Below, piece after piece: positions 37,300 to 48,400 of a stretch of 64,000 nucleotides of DNA (position 1 is the stretch's first letter; each line of letters opens with the position of its first letter). Origin of the DNA: Bacteroidota bacterium (GTDB taxonomy: Bacteria; Bacteroidota; Bacteroidia; Flavobacteriales_D; Crocinitomicaceae); contig JBDKEM010000016.1 in the NCBI GenBank assembly GCA_039795265.1, forward strand, positions 53,106-117,105. The letters run 5' to 3'. The translations under genes were made by a program, and so were the position numbers. Under the pieces are notes generated by a model. The model worked only from the letters and a program-made list of their open reading frames with translations, was not told the origin of the DNA and searched no databases.

Positions 37300-39501
37300 C
37301 TATTTTTGAGCGGGTTGAACTTTAACATCACGTCCGAGGCGTTGTAAGTAAGCAATCATAGCAATGATTTCTCTTCCTTCCAATTCTTTCGCTTTAGATT
37401 CAACTGTTATTCCTTTTTTAGCACTTTCCGGAAGTTTTGCGATGATGTCTGCTGCTACATTCAATGCGATTTGATGTGCTTGAGCTTTCAAATCAGCCAA
37501 AGCTTTTTTCTCATATCCTTTTTTGTAAGGAACACCAAGTGTGCGCATTGCATTGATTTTGTTTTCAATTAAATCAGTATCTAATTGATTTTCATTCAAC
37601 CAAGTGTAAGCAGGCATGATTGACCCTGGGGAAACTTCTTTCGGACGAATCATGTGTTGGTAGTGCCAAAAATCTGGACGTAAACCGCCTTCTCGCGCTA
37701 AGTCTGGACCAGTACGTTTAGATCCCCATTGGAACGGGTGGTCGTAAACAAATTCTCCTGATTTAGAATAGCCACCACTTTCTTCTGTTGGTGCATAGCG
37801 AGCAGTTTCAAAGCGCAAAGGACGAACCAATTGCGAGTGACAGTTATAACAACCTTCACGAATGTAAATATCACGTCCCTCTAATTCAAGTGGTGTATAT
37901 GGTTTCACCGCTTTGATTGTAGGAACATTGCTTTTTACTATCATGGTTGGAATGATTTCAACGATTCCACCGATAGCAACAACAACCAAACTCAAAATCA
38001 TAAACTGAATCGGTTTGCTTTCAATTGCTTTGTGCCAATATTCTCTTTTAGAAGTAGCATGTAATTCAGGAGCAACAACAGCTTCAGCCGCTTCATTGGC
38101 AACAAGGCTACCAGATTTTGCAGTTTTAACCAAGTTGTAGAACATCATGATTGCACCAGAAAGGTAGAGTAGTCCACCCACAGAACGTAAGTAATAGAAA
38201 GGTTTTAATTCGTTCACTGTTTTCAAGAAATCAGCATTTGCTAAAGTTCCATCTGGGTTAAAATCTTGCCACATTAATCCTTGCATAAATCCAGCGATGT
38301 ACATCGGAATTGCGTAAAGAATGATTCCTAAAGTTGCAATCCAGAAGTGTTGGTTCGCCATTTTTACAGAGTACAATTTCGTGTTGTATAATTTAGGGAA
38401 TAACCAATATAACATACCGAAAGTCATCATACCGTTCCATCCTAAACCACCAATGTGTACGTGTGCAATTGTCCAGTCGGTAAAGTGAGAGATTACGTTT
38501 ACATTTTTCAAGGATAGAAGTGGTCCCTCAAAAGTGGACATACCATAACAAGTCAAGGCAACAACCATGAATTTCAACATCACATCATCACGAACCTTAT
38601 CCCAAACACCACGAAGGGTTAACAAACCGTTTAACATACCTCCCCAAGATGGAGCGATCAACATCACGGAGAAAATAACCCCTAAACTTTGTGCCCAATC
38701 TGGCAATGTTGAATACAATAAGTGGTGAGGACCAGCCCAGATGTAAAGGAAAATCAATGCCCAGAAGTGAATGATTGAAAGGCGGTAGGAATAAACTGGA
38801 CGTTGAGCTGCTTTTGGCACGAAATAATACATTAACCCTAAGTAAGGTGTTGTCAAGAAGAAGGCAACGGCGTTGTGACCGTACCACCACTGAACCAAAG
38901 CATCTTGAACCCCTGCGTACCAGGAATAACTTTTCATGAAAGAAACAGGTAATTCAAACGAGTTGAAGATATGCAACATCGCAACAGTTACGAAAGTGGC
39001 AATATAGAACCAAATTGCAACGTAAAGGTGTTTCACTTTTCTAGTTAAAATGGTTGCGAACATATTGAAGCCCCAAATCACCCAAACTAAAGCGATTAGG
39101 ATGTCAATCCACCATTCTAATTCAGCATATTCTTTACCCGTTGTGTAACCGAAAGGCAAAGTTGCTACGGCACAAACGATGATAAACTGCCACATCCAGA
39201 AGTGAATATAACTCAAAGCATCGTTCCACATTCTTGTTTTAAGGAGACGTTGCAAGGAGTAATAAACACCCATGAAAATTCCATTACCCACAAAAGCAAA
39301 AATCACCGCATTCGTATGAAGCGGACGAATTCTACCAAACGATAGGAAACTGAACCCTAGGTAGTCGTTAAAAAACTCGGGAAATGCCAGCTGAAGCGCT
39401 GCAATCAATCCCACCAACATTCCGGTTACACCCCAAATAACGGTGGCATAAGCAAAATTCCTTACGATCTTGTTGTCGTAACTAAACTTTTCTACTTCCA
39501 T
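37300..39501 (-). CDS. ccoN: cbb3-type cytochrome c oxidase, fused subunits I and II (CcoN-CcoO)
   Basis: 733 aa. An N-terminal 12-TM haem-copper oxidase domain with His ligands (e.g. HVHIGGLGW), plus a C-terminal TM and a mono-haem domain (CYNCHSQ). Confidence 0.92.
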   Translation of the reverse strand: MEVEKFSYDNKIVRNFAYATVIWGVTGMLVGLIAALQLAFPEFFNDYLGFSFLSFGRIRPLHTNAVIFAFVGNGIFMGVYYSLQRLLKTRMWNDALSYIHFWMWQFIIVCAVATLPFGYTTGKEYAELEWWIDILIALVWVIWGFNMFATILTRKVKHLYVAIWFYIATFVTVAMLHIFNSFELPVSFMKSYSWYAGVQDALVQWWYGHNAVAFFLTTPYLGLMYYFVPKAAQRPVYSYRLSIIHFWALIFLYIWAGPHHLLYSTLPDWAQSLGVIFSVMLIAPSWGGMLNGLLTLRGVWDKVRDDVMLKFMVVALTCYGMSTFEGPLLSLKNVNVISHFTDWTIAHVHIGGLGWNGMMTFGMLYWLFPKLYNTKLYSVKMANQHFWIATLGIILYAIPMYIAGFMQGLMWQDFNPDGTLANADFLKTVNELKPFYYLRSVGGLLYLSGAIMMFYNLVKTAKSGSLVANEAAEAVVAPELHATSKREYWHKAIESKPIQFMILSLVVVAIGGIVEIIPTMIVKSNVPTIKAVKPYTPLELEGRDIYIREGCYNCHSQLVRPLRFETARYAPTEESGGYSKSGEFVYDHPFQWGSKRTGPDLAREGGLRPDFWHYQHMIRPKEVSPGSIMPAYTWLNENQLDTDLIENKINAMRTLGVPYKKGYEKKALADLKAQAHQIALNVAADIIAKLPESAKKGITVESKAKELEGREIIAMIAYLQRLGRDVKVQPAQK

Positions 39502-39661
39502 CTTTCTTTTCTTTAATGTTTAGGTCATCTTCGAAGAGAACGCGTACAGAAGGCGTGTAGTCGTCGTCGAATTGTCCGTTCTTTGTTGCCCAGAAAAAAG
39601 ACACTAAAAAAAAGCAGGCAATTACCAGACTTACTACGAGCATTATGTATATCATTCCCAT
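39482..39661 (-). CDS. ccoS: cbb3 oxidase maturation protein CcoS
   Basis: The 59-aa product MGMIYIMLVVSLVIACFFLVSFFWATKNGQFDD shows the conserved CcoS pattern. It overlaps ccoN by 20 nt. The listed 39706 start is probably too far upstream. Confidence 0.8.
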   Translation of the reverse strand: MGMIYIMLVVSLVIACFFLVSFFWATKNGQFDDDYTPSVRVLFEDDLNIKEKKDGSRKV

Positions 39662-39823
39662 GGTACAAAAGTGTGAACTTGACAATGAGAAATTAATGAC
39701 ACACAACCCGTAAAAAACCTGATTTTACTCAGTTTTTAGGCTGTAAGGGTAGTGTTTGTTTGAGTATCAGATGTTGAAGTTTAAACAAACGTGAATTTTT
39801 AAAAAGAATAGGATTTTTTTCGA

Positions 39824-41272
39824 TTAATAATTCCTGAAGTAATCAAACGAATTATTTCCAGTTGTGGGTTGTAAATTTCGGTTAGGATTATCGACATCAC
39901 CGCGGTTGGTATTTCTAGTTGAAAGAACTTGTTGCCAACCTGGGTTTTTAGTTTCACCTAACATATCGGAATGGAGTAGTCGATAGGTTTTGTTAACCAA
40001 GTCTGGATTGTAGAAAATAAAACGGCGATTTGAAAAACGTCCGATTTTGTTGTAAGTCCAGATTTCATAAGGATATTCCGAGGCAGAGGATTCTCTTGCT
40101 ATTAAGGTGCTCGGTGGACCGTATTTTAAATAAATTCGACCTCTATCCGTTTCAAAGCCTTCTTGAAAATTGTTTCCGTATATTTCTTCAACATACAACA
40201 CCAATTTTTTATACTGAATCCATTCATCATAAGGTTGGGCAGGAGCTGTAACTGTCCAGAACGCTTGAATGTGTCTTCTGCATTTTTCTGCGTTTTTCGT
40301 TTTTAAGGAAGCAAGAATATTTTTAATTTCAGCAGGACGAGCAATTGGAATTAAAGAGGCTAAATAGAATCCTACGCTATCTTCGGGAATAGAAGTTTGA
40401 AAGGCTGGGTCAAGAATGATTTTATCGGCATCTACAAAAGTTGATATATCGTTAACTCGTTCGAAATCAAATTCTTTTGTGGATAAAATATCGAAATTTT
40501 TATTAATAACACTGATTTGCAAGGTGTAAGTTCCAGTTGGTAAATTAGATATATCAATCGTTTTAAAAATTGGAATCACAGCATCTGTTTTTTTCTTTTG
40601 AAAGGAGCCAAAAGCGTCCAATTCAAAGTTTTTCGTAGAATTTAGAATTTTGTACATTACCCCAACTACTGTGTCACTGAGTATGTTAGTGTTGTAAATT
40701 TCTGTATAGACAGGCATTTTTGTGAACGATTGCGGAAAGTAATTCGAAATCATTGGTATCATAAAATAACCCGATTTATTAAAGGGAGATTCAGTGGTAC
40801 TGGGATAAGCATATTCAGCAATTTGAATATCTGACAAGCTAATAGTATTACTTAATTCATTTATTTTCAAAGGAATATCGGCTTCAACTAATGATTTAGG
40901 TCGGTTAGCATCCATCAACTTTAAGTGCATTGAATAGGAGCCAGGAGCTAAAGCAAAACGTTGAACCTCATAAAAGTCATCTACAATGGAATCTTTGACA
41001 ATCGGAGATTGGAGCAAATAAGCTCTTTTTTGAACGCTTTTGTTTTCTGAAAATATTTCCATTTCAATAGCCACAGCTGCTTGAATTCCGCCTGTAACAG
41101 GTTTGTAGTCAACAGTCAATCCTGCAAATTGTAAATTAACTTCTACATAATTTCCTTCACCTGGCGCGTAAAATTGCTTGGTATCTAAATATACTTTTAT
41201 GTTTTTAGTTTGTGAATAACCAGAAAAGCCTGTAAAAACAAAGCACAGAAGAAAAAGGGTTCGTAACATCAT
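39824..41272 (-). CDS. GWxTD-domain protein
   Basis: It has a signal peptide. The C-terminal GFETDRGRIYLKYGPPS...EYPYEIWTY is the GWxTD-domain signature (G-[WF]-x-TDRG ... yEiW.Y). Confidence 0.7.
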   Translation of the reverse strand: MMLRTLFLLCFVFTGFSGYSQTKNIKVYLDTKQFYAPGEGNYVEVNLQFAGLTVDYKPVTGGIQAAVAIEMEIFSENKSVQKRAYLLQSPIVKDSIVDDFYEVQRFALAPGSYSMHLKLMDANRPKSLVEADIPLKINELSNTISLSDIQIAEYAYPSTTESPFNKSGYFMIPMISNYFPQSFTKMPVYTEIYNTNILSDTVVGVMYKILNSTKNFELDAFGSFQKKKTDAVIPIFKTIDISNLPTGTYTLQISVINKNFDILSTKEFDFERVNDISTFVDADKIILDPAFQTSIPEDSVGFYLASLIPIARPAEIKNILASLKTKNAEKCRRHIQAFWTVTAPAQPYDEWIQYKKLVLYVEEIYGNNFQEGFETDRGRIYLKYGPPSTLIARESSASEYPYEIWTYNKIGRFSNRRFIFYNPDLVNKTYRLLHSDMLGETKNPGWQQVLSTRNTNRGDVDNPNRNLQPTTGNNSFDYFRNY

Positions 41273-41319
41273 TGGCTAAAATTAACGAATTGACTTGAAT
41301 AGAAAAGTACCTACTACCT

Positions 41320-41351
41320 AAAAAAAAATCGTGACCATTACAGCCACGATT
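41320..41351 (-). terminator. Rho-independent terminator of the CotH gene
   Basis: Minus-strand RNA: AAUCGUG-11 nt loop-CACGAUU followed by U9. Confidence 0.6.
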
Positions 41352-41382
41352 CTTAACACACATAAAAAACGTTTTAGAATGC

Positions 41383-43677
41383 TTATTGTTTAATCAGTTT
41401 TTTAGAATAGTTGATTCCGTTTTCAGTAGTGAAATTCAACAAGTAACACCCCGAATTCCAACGAGAAATATCGATTTGATGTTGGTTGGACACAGCTCTG
41501 TAAGCATCAATTGTTCTACCTTGCATATCCACAACAGTTAAGTTCATTGGTGTTTCATCTTCGGAAAGAATCACTATTTTGTCGTTTGCTGGGTTAGGAT
41601 AAATACGTAAAGCGTTTAATTCGTTGATATTGATTCCAGCAGTACAATTGTTAGTTCGATTGAAAGTTGGTGTAATGAATTGGAAATCAGTCCCTCCATC
41701 AGGGCAACGAGCATACGAAATGTCACGGGTTTGTGGTCCCAGTAACCATTGATCCCAAACAGTAACCCCATCGGACAATATAACATTATCTCCTAAAGAA
41801 GTAAGTTTGAAATTGGTGTGCAATCCCAATTGGCTTGGGTCGTTATCTGCCCAAATAATTAAAAATCCATTTGCAGGAATTGTTGTTCCAGCAGGAATTG
41901 ACCATTTCGCTAAGTCAGCAGGAGTGTCTGTTAGATATAATCCACCCAAATTTAAATCAGTGGAAGTAGTATTGAACACTTCTACCCAATCATCGCTTTG
42001 ACCATTGTAATCGTAACCATAACCTCCGTTGCTTGAAAGTACTTCATTAATCAACACTTTTCCTTGACTTGCAAATGGAACAGTTATAGAAAGTGTATGA
42101 TATTCATGTTCTGCGCGTTGTGGACTAAAAACGCCTGCGTCATTATTCTCAGCATAAAAGTAATATTCACACAAAGAAGCATTTAAAGTAAGTTGTGCAC
42201 CATAAACATTATCTCCAGCAGCGCCATCGCCATGCTGTCCATCATCAAGCATTTGAACGCGGTTAAATTTCAAGGTATGATCAAAACGAGACCCCATATA
42301 AACGATGGTTGCATTTGAAACCGTTGCAGTTACAAAAACGGAATTTCCGAAAGAAGGAGAGGTGTTAGATACGGAATGAGTAGTAATAACCGGTGCCACT
42401 TTATTATATTCTGTATTTGAATTGAAGAAGGTTACACGAGCATCCATCAGCGCTTTAATTCCAGGAATGGATTGACCGCCTCCGCCACCGCCGCCACCTG
42501 AAACCGCTGTTGTAAGACTATTTTGGTACTGTGCATAGGTATAGAATTTATAAGGGTCGGCTTGAACTGAAGCATCAATGGTGGTACGCAAGTTATTTGC
42601 CATTGTTTCGTAATTGGCATTCGCAAAATTTTCCTGCACAATCGTTCTAAGGTGAGCCATGTACATTCTTTTATACATTGGGTTCCCCATCATTTTAACA
42701 ATTAAAGGGTGGTTGGCACTTGTTGAGTTGGAGAGAGGATCCAAACTCGCAGGAGTGAAAGTTCCAGAACCAGTTCCACCTGGGAAACCGCCGAAGCTCA
42801 TATTTAAGTCCCAAACTGTTGGCACAAATCGGTTATTTAAATCCCATGACAGATAATAATTTTGACGAAAAGCTCCACTATATGAATCTAAATTCACGAG
42901 AACGTTATTGAACGCCAACATCCAAAGTGCACGGTCAACATCAAGAATCGATTCAATTTGCGTAAAATCGTTATTTAACGTATTGGTTAGATTCACTAAG
43001 CGATTCCAACCATAGTCGGATTGTATTTCGTAACCGTTGAAATAAGAGCTAGAATCAGAATCGATATATTTCAAATCAGGACTCGTTGTAGATCCCGGAC
43101 CTGCCCCGCCGATTGGATTGCATTTGAAGTAAGAGTCCATGGAATTATAATAGTGATAACCGTTAAACCGCTCGTCAATACTTTCAGCGCTTGAGAATAA
43201 CCCTCGAAGTGTGCCGTTGATATAAACGTTTACAAAGTTGGATTGAGGACAATCCATGTATTGTTCTAAAATTTGATACGAGAGTACCTCACGAATCATA
43301 GAAGGGTCTTTGTACAAATTTTGAAGTTTCAGACTTTTGAATCCTTGAATATTTTGATTATTGATGTATTCGTCAAGTTTGATGTGTAAAGGATTTTTAT
43401 TATTATTTGCGTTATACGAACTGTTTCCTTTATATTTGACACCAACACTGTCATATTTAATGCCATTTATCAGCACTGAGTCCGCCATGACGTATGTGTC
43501 ATTTGCGTATGCGTTGTCTAATTGCGTATCCCAATTAGTAAAACCAAAAAAGATTTCAATTTTCTGAACAACGGTTCTATCATAAAAACTTTGTGCTTCA
43601 ATAGAAGAAACAGTTGAAAGTAAGAGTAATAGTATTGAAAATTTTAAAGTTTTTGAGTGGACTTTTTTCATAAACAT
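41383..43677 (-). CDS. Secreted CotH-family (atypical kinase fold) protein with lamin-tail domain and T9SS C-terminal sorting domain
   Basis: It has a signal peptide and a CotH-like core (KLQNLYKDPSMIREVLSY..). An LTD is present (VLINEVLSS..DWVEVFNT....L.GLYLTD......W.IPAGTTIPANGFLIIWAD). The C-terminus is RIYPNPANDKIVIL...GCYLLNF..., and there is an internal Gly8 run. Confidence 0.8.
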   Translation of the reverse strand: MFMKKVHSKTLKFSILLLLLSTVSSIEAQSFYDRTVVQKIEIFFGFTNWDTQLDNAYANDTYVMADSVLINGIKYDSVGVKYKGNSSYNANNNKNPLHIKLDEYINNQNIQGFKSLKLQNLYKDPSMIREVLSYQILEQYMDCPQSNFVNVYINGTLRGLFSSAESIDERFNGYHYYNSMDSYFKCNPIGGAGPGSTTSPDLKYIDSDSSSYFNGYEIQSDYGWNRLVNLTNTLNNDFTQIESILDVDRALWMLAFNNVLVNLDSYSGAFRQNYYLSWDLNNRFVPTVWDLNMSFGGFPGGTGSGTFTPASLDPLSNSTSANHPLIVKMMGNPMYKRMYMAHLRTIVQENFANANYETMANNLRTTIDASVQADPYKFYTYAQYQNSLTTAVSGGGGGGGGQSIPGIKALMDARVTFFNSNTEYNKVAPVITTHSVSNTSPSFGNSVFVTATVSNATIVYMGSRFDHTLKFNRVQMLDDGQHGDGAAGDNVYGAQLTLNASLCEYYFYAENNDAGVFSPQRAEHEYHTLSITVPFASQGKVLINEVLSSNGGYGYDYNGQSDDWVEVFNTTSTDLNLGGLYLTDTPADLAKWSIPAGTTIPANGFLIIWADNDPSQLGLHTNFKLTSLGDNVILSDGVTVWDQWLLGPQTRDISYARCPDGGTDFQFITPTFNRTNNCTAGININELNALRIYPNPANDKIVILSEDETPMNLTVVDMQGRTIDAYRAVSNQHQIDISRWNSGCYLLNFTTENGINYSKKLIKQ

Positions 43678-43792
43678 AGATTTAGGTTAGGTTAGTTGAT
43701 TTAACCTTGGATTTCTTGCAAATGAATTGAAAATTTACTTAACAATTCGCTAACATAGGGGATAAAATAAATTAATGAATCATGTTCATCAC

Positions 43793-44278
43793 TTACAAAC
43801 CGGCAATTTTCGCCTTTTCGATTACTTCGTTTTTAAGGTTGTCAGCGTAATCGATAAGTTGTTTCTGTATGTTTTTATCGTAACTACCTATAATTCGGGC
43901 GGCTAAAATCCCTGCGTTCTTTGCGGCATTTAATGCAACTGTTGCGACGGGAATTCCATTTGGCATTTGAAGAATACTTAAAATTGAGTCCCAACCATCA
44001 ATTGAATTGGACGATTTTACAGGGACACCAATAACAGGTAGGGGAGTAAGGGACGCAACCATTCCAGGTAAATGCGCCGCACCACCTGCTCCTGCAATGA
44101 TTACTTTTAGACCACGTTCCGCAGCACTTTTTGCGTATTCAACCATTAATTCAGGTGTTCGATGTGCGGAGACAACTTTGATTTCAGCAATAATTCCCAT
44201 TTCATCCAAGAAGTCTTTAGCAGCCTGCATAACAGGTAAATCCGATGCAGAACCCATTATTATTCCTACTTGAATCAT
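43793..44278 (-). CDS. purE: 5-(carboxyamino)imidazole ribonucleotide mutase
   Basis: [14 protein letters not shown] and [17 protein letters not shown] motifs. 161 aa. Confidence 0.93.
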   Translation of the reverse strand: MIQVGIIMGSASDLPVMQAAKDFLDEMGIIAEIKVVSAHRTPELMVEYAKSAAERGLKVIIAGAGGAAHLPGMVASLTPLPVIGVPVKSSNSIDGWDSILSILQMPNGIPVATVALNAAKNAGILAARIIGSYDKNIQKQLIDYADNLKNEVIEKAKIAGL

Positions 44279-44724
44279 ATTTCGTCGTTTTTTGGTGAAT
44301 TTGTTTCAGTACTGATTTTTTCTTCGAGTTCGGGAAGAGCTTCAGTTGAAGTCAAGGTAGTTTCAACCGGTGGAATTTCGGTTTCCGTAACTTTTGGAGC
44401 TACGTTAACGGATGAACCTGAATAATGAACTGTGTTGTCTATTTCGGTGAAAACCTGATCTAAAGGTTGAACGATCTCATTTGCTTTATCGTCGATAAGA
44501 TTTTGAAGGTTTAAATCCTTTTTAATATCCACGCCCGATTTCTTAATTTCATTTTGAATTTCTGAGGTGGCATTTCTGAATTCATAAAGCGCTTTGCCTA
44601 GTGATTTTGCAATTCCAGGAATACTTTTAGAGCCAAAAAACATGAGTACAACCATCATGATTAGAAATATCTCAGAACCTGAAACGTCGCTCAAAAACAA
44701 AGGAATCATGTACAAATTTAACAT
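44275..44724 (-). CDS. tatA: TatA/TatB-family twin-arginine translocase subunit with long acidic C-terminal tail
   Basis: An N-terminal TM plus an amphipathic helix with [23 protein letters not shown]. The 4-nt overlap with purE is ATGA. The true start could be the internal Met at 44709. Confidence 0.75.
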   Translation of the reverse strand: MLNLYMIPLFLSDVSGSEIFLIMMVVLMFFGSKSIPGIAKSLGKALYEFRNATSEIQNEIKKSGVDIKKDLNLQNLIDDKANEIVQPLDQVFTEIDNTVHYSGSSVNVAPKVTETEIPPVETTLTSTEALPELEEKISTETNSPKNDEI

Positions 44725-45345
44725 TTAATTGAGCTTGAAAAGAATGATTAAACTATCCACCATCATTTGAATTCCCAAAGAAAGCACTATGAATCCCATT
44801 ATTTTCGACATCGAACGTAATCCCGATTGACCAATGTATTTTAAAATTTTTGGAGCAAGGTAGAAAATTAGAAAAATGGTTAACGCTACAAGAATAATAG
44901 CTGTCATTACAAAAATTCGTTCTTGCCAACCAGGATGGACAATGGAAAGGTTAATCAACAAAGAAATGGAGCCTGGGCCAGCCAATAAAGGCATTGCTAA
45001 GGGACTAAAGGAAATGTCTTCTTTGTTTACAGATTCTTCTGCAACTGGACCTTGAACGTCATTTTTATGTTGTGAATTCAACAATAAAAATCCAGATCGC
45101 GAAATGATAATTCCACCCGCAAGTTTTAAAGCGTGAATAGAAATTCCGAAAAAATCAAGAATTAATGAACCCAAGTAAAACGAAATTACGCATATGAACA
45201 AGATGTAAATTGCTGTTTTCTTAACGGTATTTTTTAATTGTCTATCGGTGTAACCATTGGTTAAAGAAATAAACACCGGCATTGCTCCAAGCGGATTAAT
45301 CAAGGAAAACAACGAAATGAAGGTAGTTATTAATACCGTAATCAT
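44725..45345 (-). CDS. MarC-family (UPF0056) integral membrane protein
   Basis: 206 aa with 6 TM helices and the N-terminal NPLGAMPVFISL motif. Confidence 0.8.
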   Translation of the reverse strand: MITVLITTFISLFSLINPLGAMPVFISLTNGYTDRQLKNTVKKTAIYILFICVISFYLGSLILDFFGISIHALKLAGGIIISRSGFLLLNSQHKNDVQGPVAEESVNKEDISFSPLAMPLLAGPGSISLLINLSIVHPGWQERIFVMTAIILVALTIFLIFYLAPKILKYIGQSGLRSMSKIMGFIVLSLGIQMMVDSLIILFKLN

Positions 45346-45384
45346 ATATTTTACAAAAGTAAATCAATTAATTCGTTAAAATAG

Positions 45385-45412
45385 AAAAAGGACTCCCGAA
45401 TTGGCAGTCCTT
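45385..45412 (-). terminator. Rho-independent terminator of the giant surface-protein gene
   Basis: Minus-strand RNA: AAGGACU-11 nt loop-AGUCCUU followed by UUUUCUAUUUU. Confidence 0.6.
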
Positions 45413-45435
45413 CTCTAAAAATCGGGAAAGTTTAA

Positions 45436-48400
45436 TTAATGAATGATGTGTTTTAATCGTAACGTTTTACCAGAACTTAATTTCGTTTCGATAAAATAAA
45501 CACCACTTTCTAAATCTAAATTCATTGGAATTAAATTGGTTCCTGATGTAATCTTCTCATTTAGTGTATTTACCAAGCGACCTTCTTGATTGAAAATTGA
45601 AATGGATACTGACTCATCTTGAGAATTTAAAATCAAATCAAACTGCGTTGAACTTGGATTTGGAATTGAAAGAAGCGACTCTGAATTCTCACAATTAACT
45701 ACGATTGGATTGTACAATTTTTCTGTACCATTAACGTCCACTTGTCGCAAACGATAATAGTTGAATCCGCTTGATTTCAATAAGTCAGTGGTTTCGTAAT
45801 TAATCGTGCTTGTACTAAATCCTGCAGAGTTGACACGGCTTAATAAACTCCATGTTTCTCCATTACGAGAATGTTCTACATCGAAATAAGCACTATTATG
45901 TTCCGAAGCAGTAGACCAACGTATTACAGTACCATTTGAAGCACAATGACCATTAAAGAAAAGTAATTCTACGGGTAATGGCGTCTCATTATCACCTCCA
46001 ATATTGAAATAAGAGAATCCTGTGAGGTTTGAGCTGCTAACCAAATAGTCAATTCCATCTGTTAATGGAGTAATAGTCGCGCTTGTAGAACCTATTTCAA
46101 AAGGATCATGTGGTGCACTTGGATTTCCTTTAGCTCGAATTATGCGCATGCCAGGAGGATTAGCAGTCACAGGGTTAGCATCGATTTGATCACTATTAAT
46201 TCGTAAAGTAATGTTGAAGGTGTTGTTATCCAAAGCTCCGTATGCCACTCCTGAGGAACTATATGGGGTAATATCCCAATACCCTGTTGCATCTGCGTTT
46301 TGAATGAATTTTTGTTGACCTCCTTGCGAATAAGCAATTGGTAAACCGAAAGGATCAGCTAAAGGATTGTTGTTTTCATCCAACATTGTTGGAGCTCCTT
46401 CCTTGTATTCCATAATGATGTATCCACCACTTGTATTTTCGGTGAAATTAATGATTGCATAACGATTTCTATCAGCCGTTCCTACTGGGAAAAGGCCTTT
46501 TGATGGAGCAGATTCAGAAGTGTAGTTGTACCATCTTTTCATTGGTCCAACTACACTTCCTGCGGAAAGTACTGCATTGGCGGTACGAGACACACTATTT
46601 CCTAACTCTAAAATGTTAGTTGAGGTTGTGTTTAAGTTTCCATTGTTCAAGGCAAAATTATCGAGAACAGTTACCTTTTCTGATAGTGTTGCATTTCCAC
46701 TAGATTGGCTAATTCCTAAACCTGAATAACCTTCAATTGTACCATTTGGTTGTGGAATTGATTGAGAATTTCCTGTAAAATTGATCATATTGCTATTTTC
46801 AGTAGCATCAAAAATCCCATCGATAATTAAATTGTTCGAAATGTTTTGAACAGCATCTGATTGAATGGTTAAGGATTTTCCAGTATTCACTTTCAGATTG
46901 TACCAAGAATTTGTGCCAGCTAAAGTTCCGTTACTTGTGTTAAATGCCACAGTACTTGTTCCAGGATTGAAAGTTCCATTATTAACCCAAGTATTCGAGT
47001 TATTGTTTAACGATATTGTACCACTAGATCCATTTACAACACCAGAAGCATTAATTTGCATAGAACCAATGTTCATCGTACCAGTTACTGTCAACTCTTC
47101 GTTATAAATCAAAGGGTCAACAACAACCTTCGTAGTTGATGTAGGTTGAGCTCCTGAAGTCCAATTGGAAATATCGTCCCATTTTCCATCGCGAGACCCA
47201 ATCCACAAGGTATCGGTTGTTTTTCTTTCCGAAAGCATCCAATACATTGTTTTAGTGTTATCGCCTAGAGTCGGGATATAATTGAGTGAAAAACCTGACC
47301 ATTTTACCCAATTACTTGTAGCATCTGTCGTAGTTTTTCCTTGTTCGTGAGGGGACATTCCATTGAAAGGAATTTGATGAACCCAAGTCACCAAGTCACT
47401 TTCTGTGTTACCATTCAATTCATCGTCAGCATAAGGTAATTGCACAGAGCATGTCACTTCTTCAGAACCACCAACTCGAAGGATCTGATACATTCGTTTA
47501 ACCGCAGCATTCACGTTTAAACTGTATGGTCCAGCAGGATGAGAGCCATTTTTGTCAACATGAAGACCTTCAGGTCCTTTAGTTGCAACAACTGTAATCG
47601 ATGTTGGCATAGTACCGCCATTTCTATTGAATTGCAGTTTCATGTTTTCATTCCCAAATTGATAGATTCCTCCATCAGTAAGAGAGTTTCTAGTGATTTT
47701 TCCCGTTACATCTCCACTACCAACAATTTCCGCGTTCGGACCAAGTGTTAAAATATACGAATCCAAATCATTATTTCCGTCGGTTGAATTTGAAGAACGT
47801 GTATTTCCATAGTTTCCATAATCATTTACCATTTCAAGCAATCCACTTGTAGCATCAGGATTTGGTTGATTTAGCGAAAGCGTCTCAGTTATCTCAAAAT
47901 TGGTTCTTGAAACAACTCCTGGCGATTCAATGGTAAGTTTAGCTAATTTATCCGTAAATAGCCCCGAAGGAAGCGTTAGTATGGACGAATTCGAAACAAA
48001 TAAATTAGATCCCGAAACGGAGCCATTGAGACCTCCTGAGGTTCGTGTTAAATTGTCTCCAAACACCATAACAGAAAAACCATTCATAATCAATTCTCCG
48101 CCGCCAAAACTCAGGTCGTTGGAAATTGAGAAATCGTCATTCATAGTTATTGTTGACGAACCATTTACTTGCAAATTATTAATGGTAGAAAATGAACTAA
48201 AAAGTCCGTTAGGTACACTAAGAGGTGAAGAATTAGCGAATTCAATTGTAGTGGTTGGACTAGTTGCAAGAATAAGTCCCGTAGTTCTTGAAAGATTCGT
48301 GCCCGAAAGCGTTAATGTATAGCCGTTCACATTTAATGTTCCGTTTGTCAAATTCAAAGTATTGTTGATATTCAAAGAACCTGACATGGAGAAAATTCGA

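Noticed and set aside
42475-42498. The Gly8 run in the CotH protein, considered as a possible slippage or phase-variation tract.
   Set aside because: It is encoded by mixed GGT/GGC/GGA codons and is not a perfect nucleotide repeat, so it is not expected to be hypermutable.
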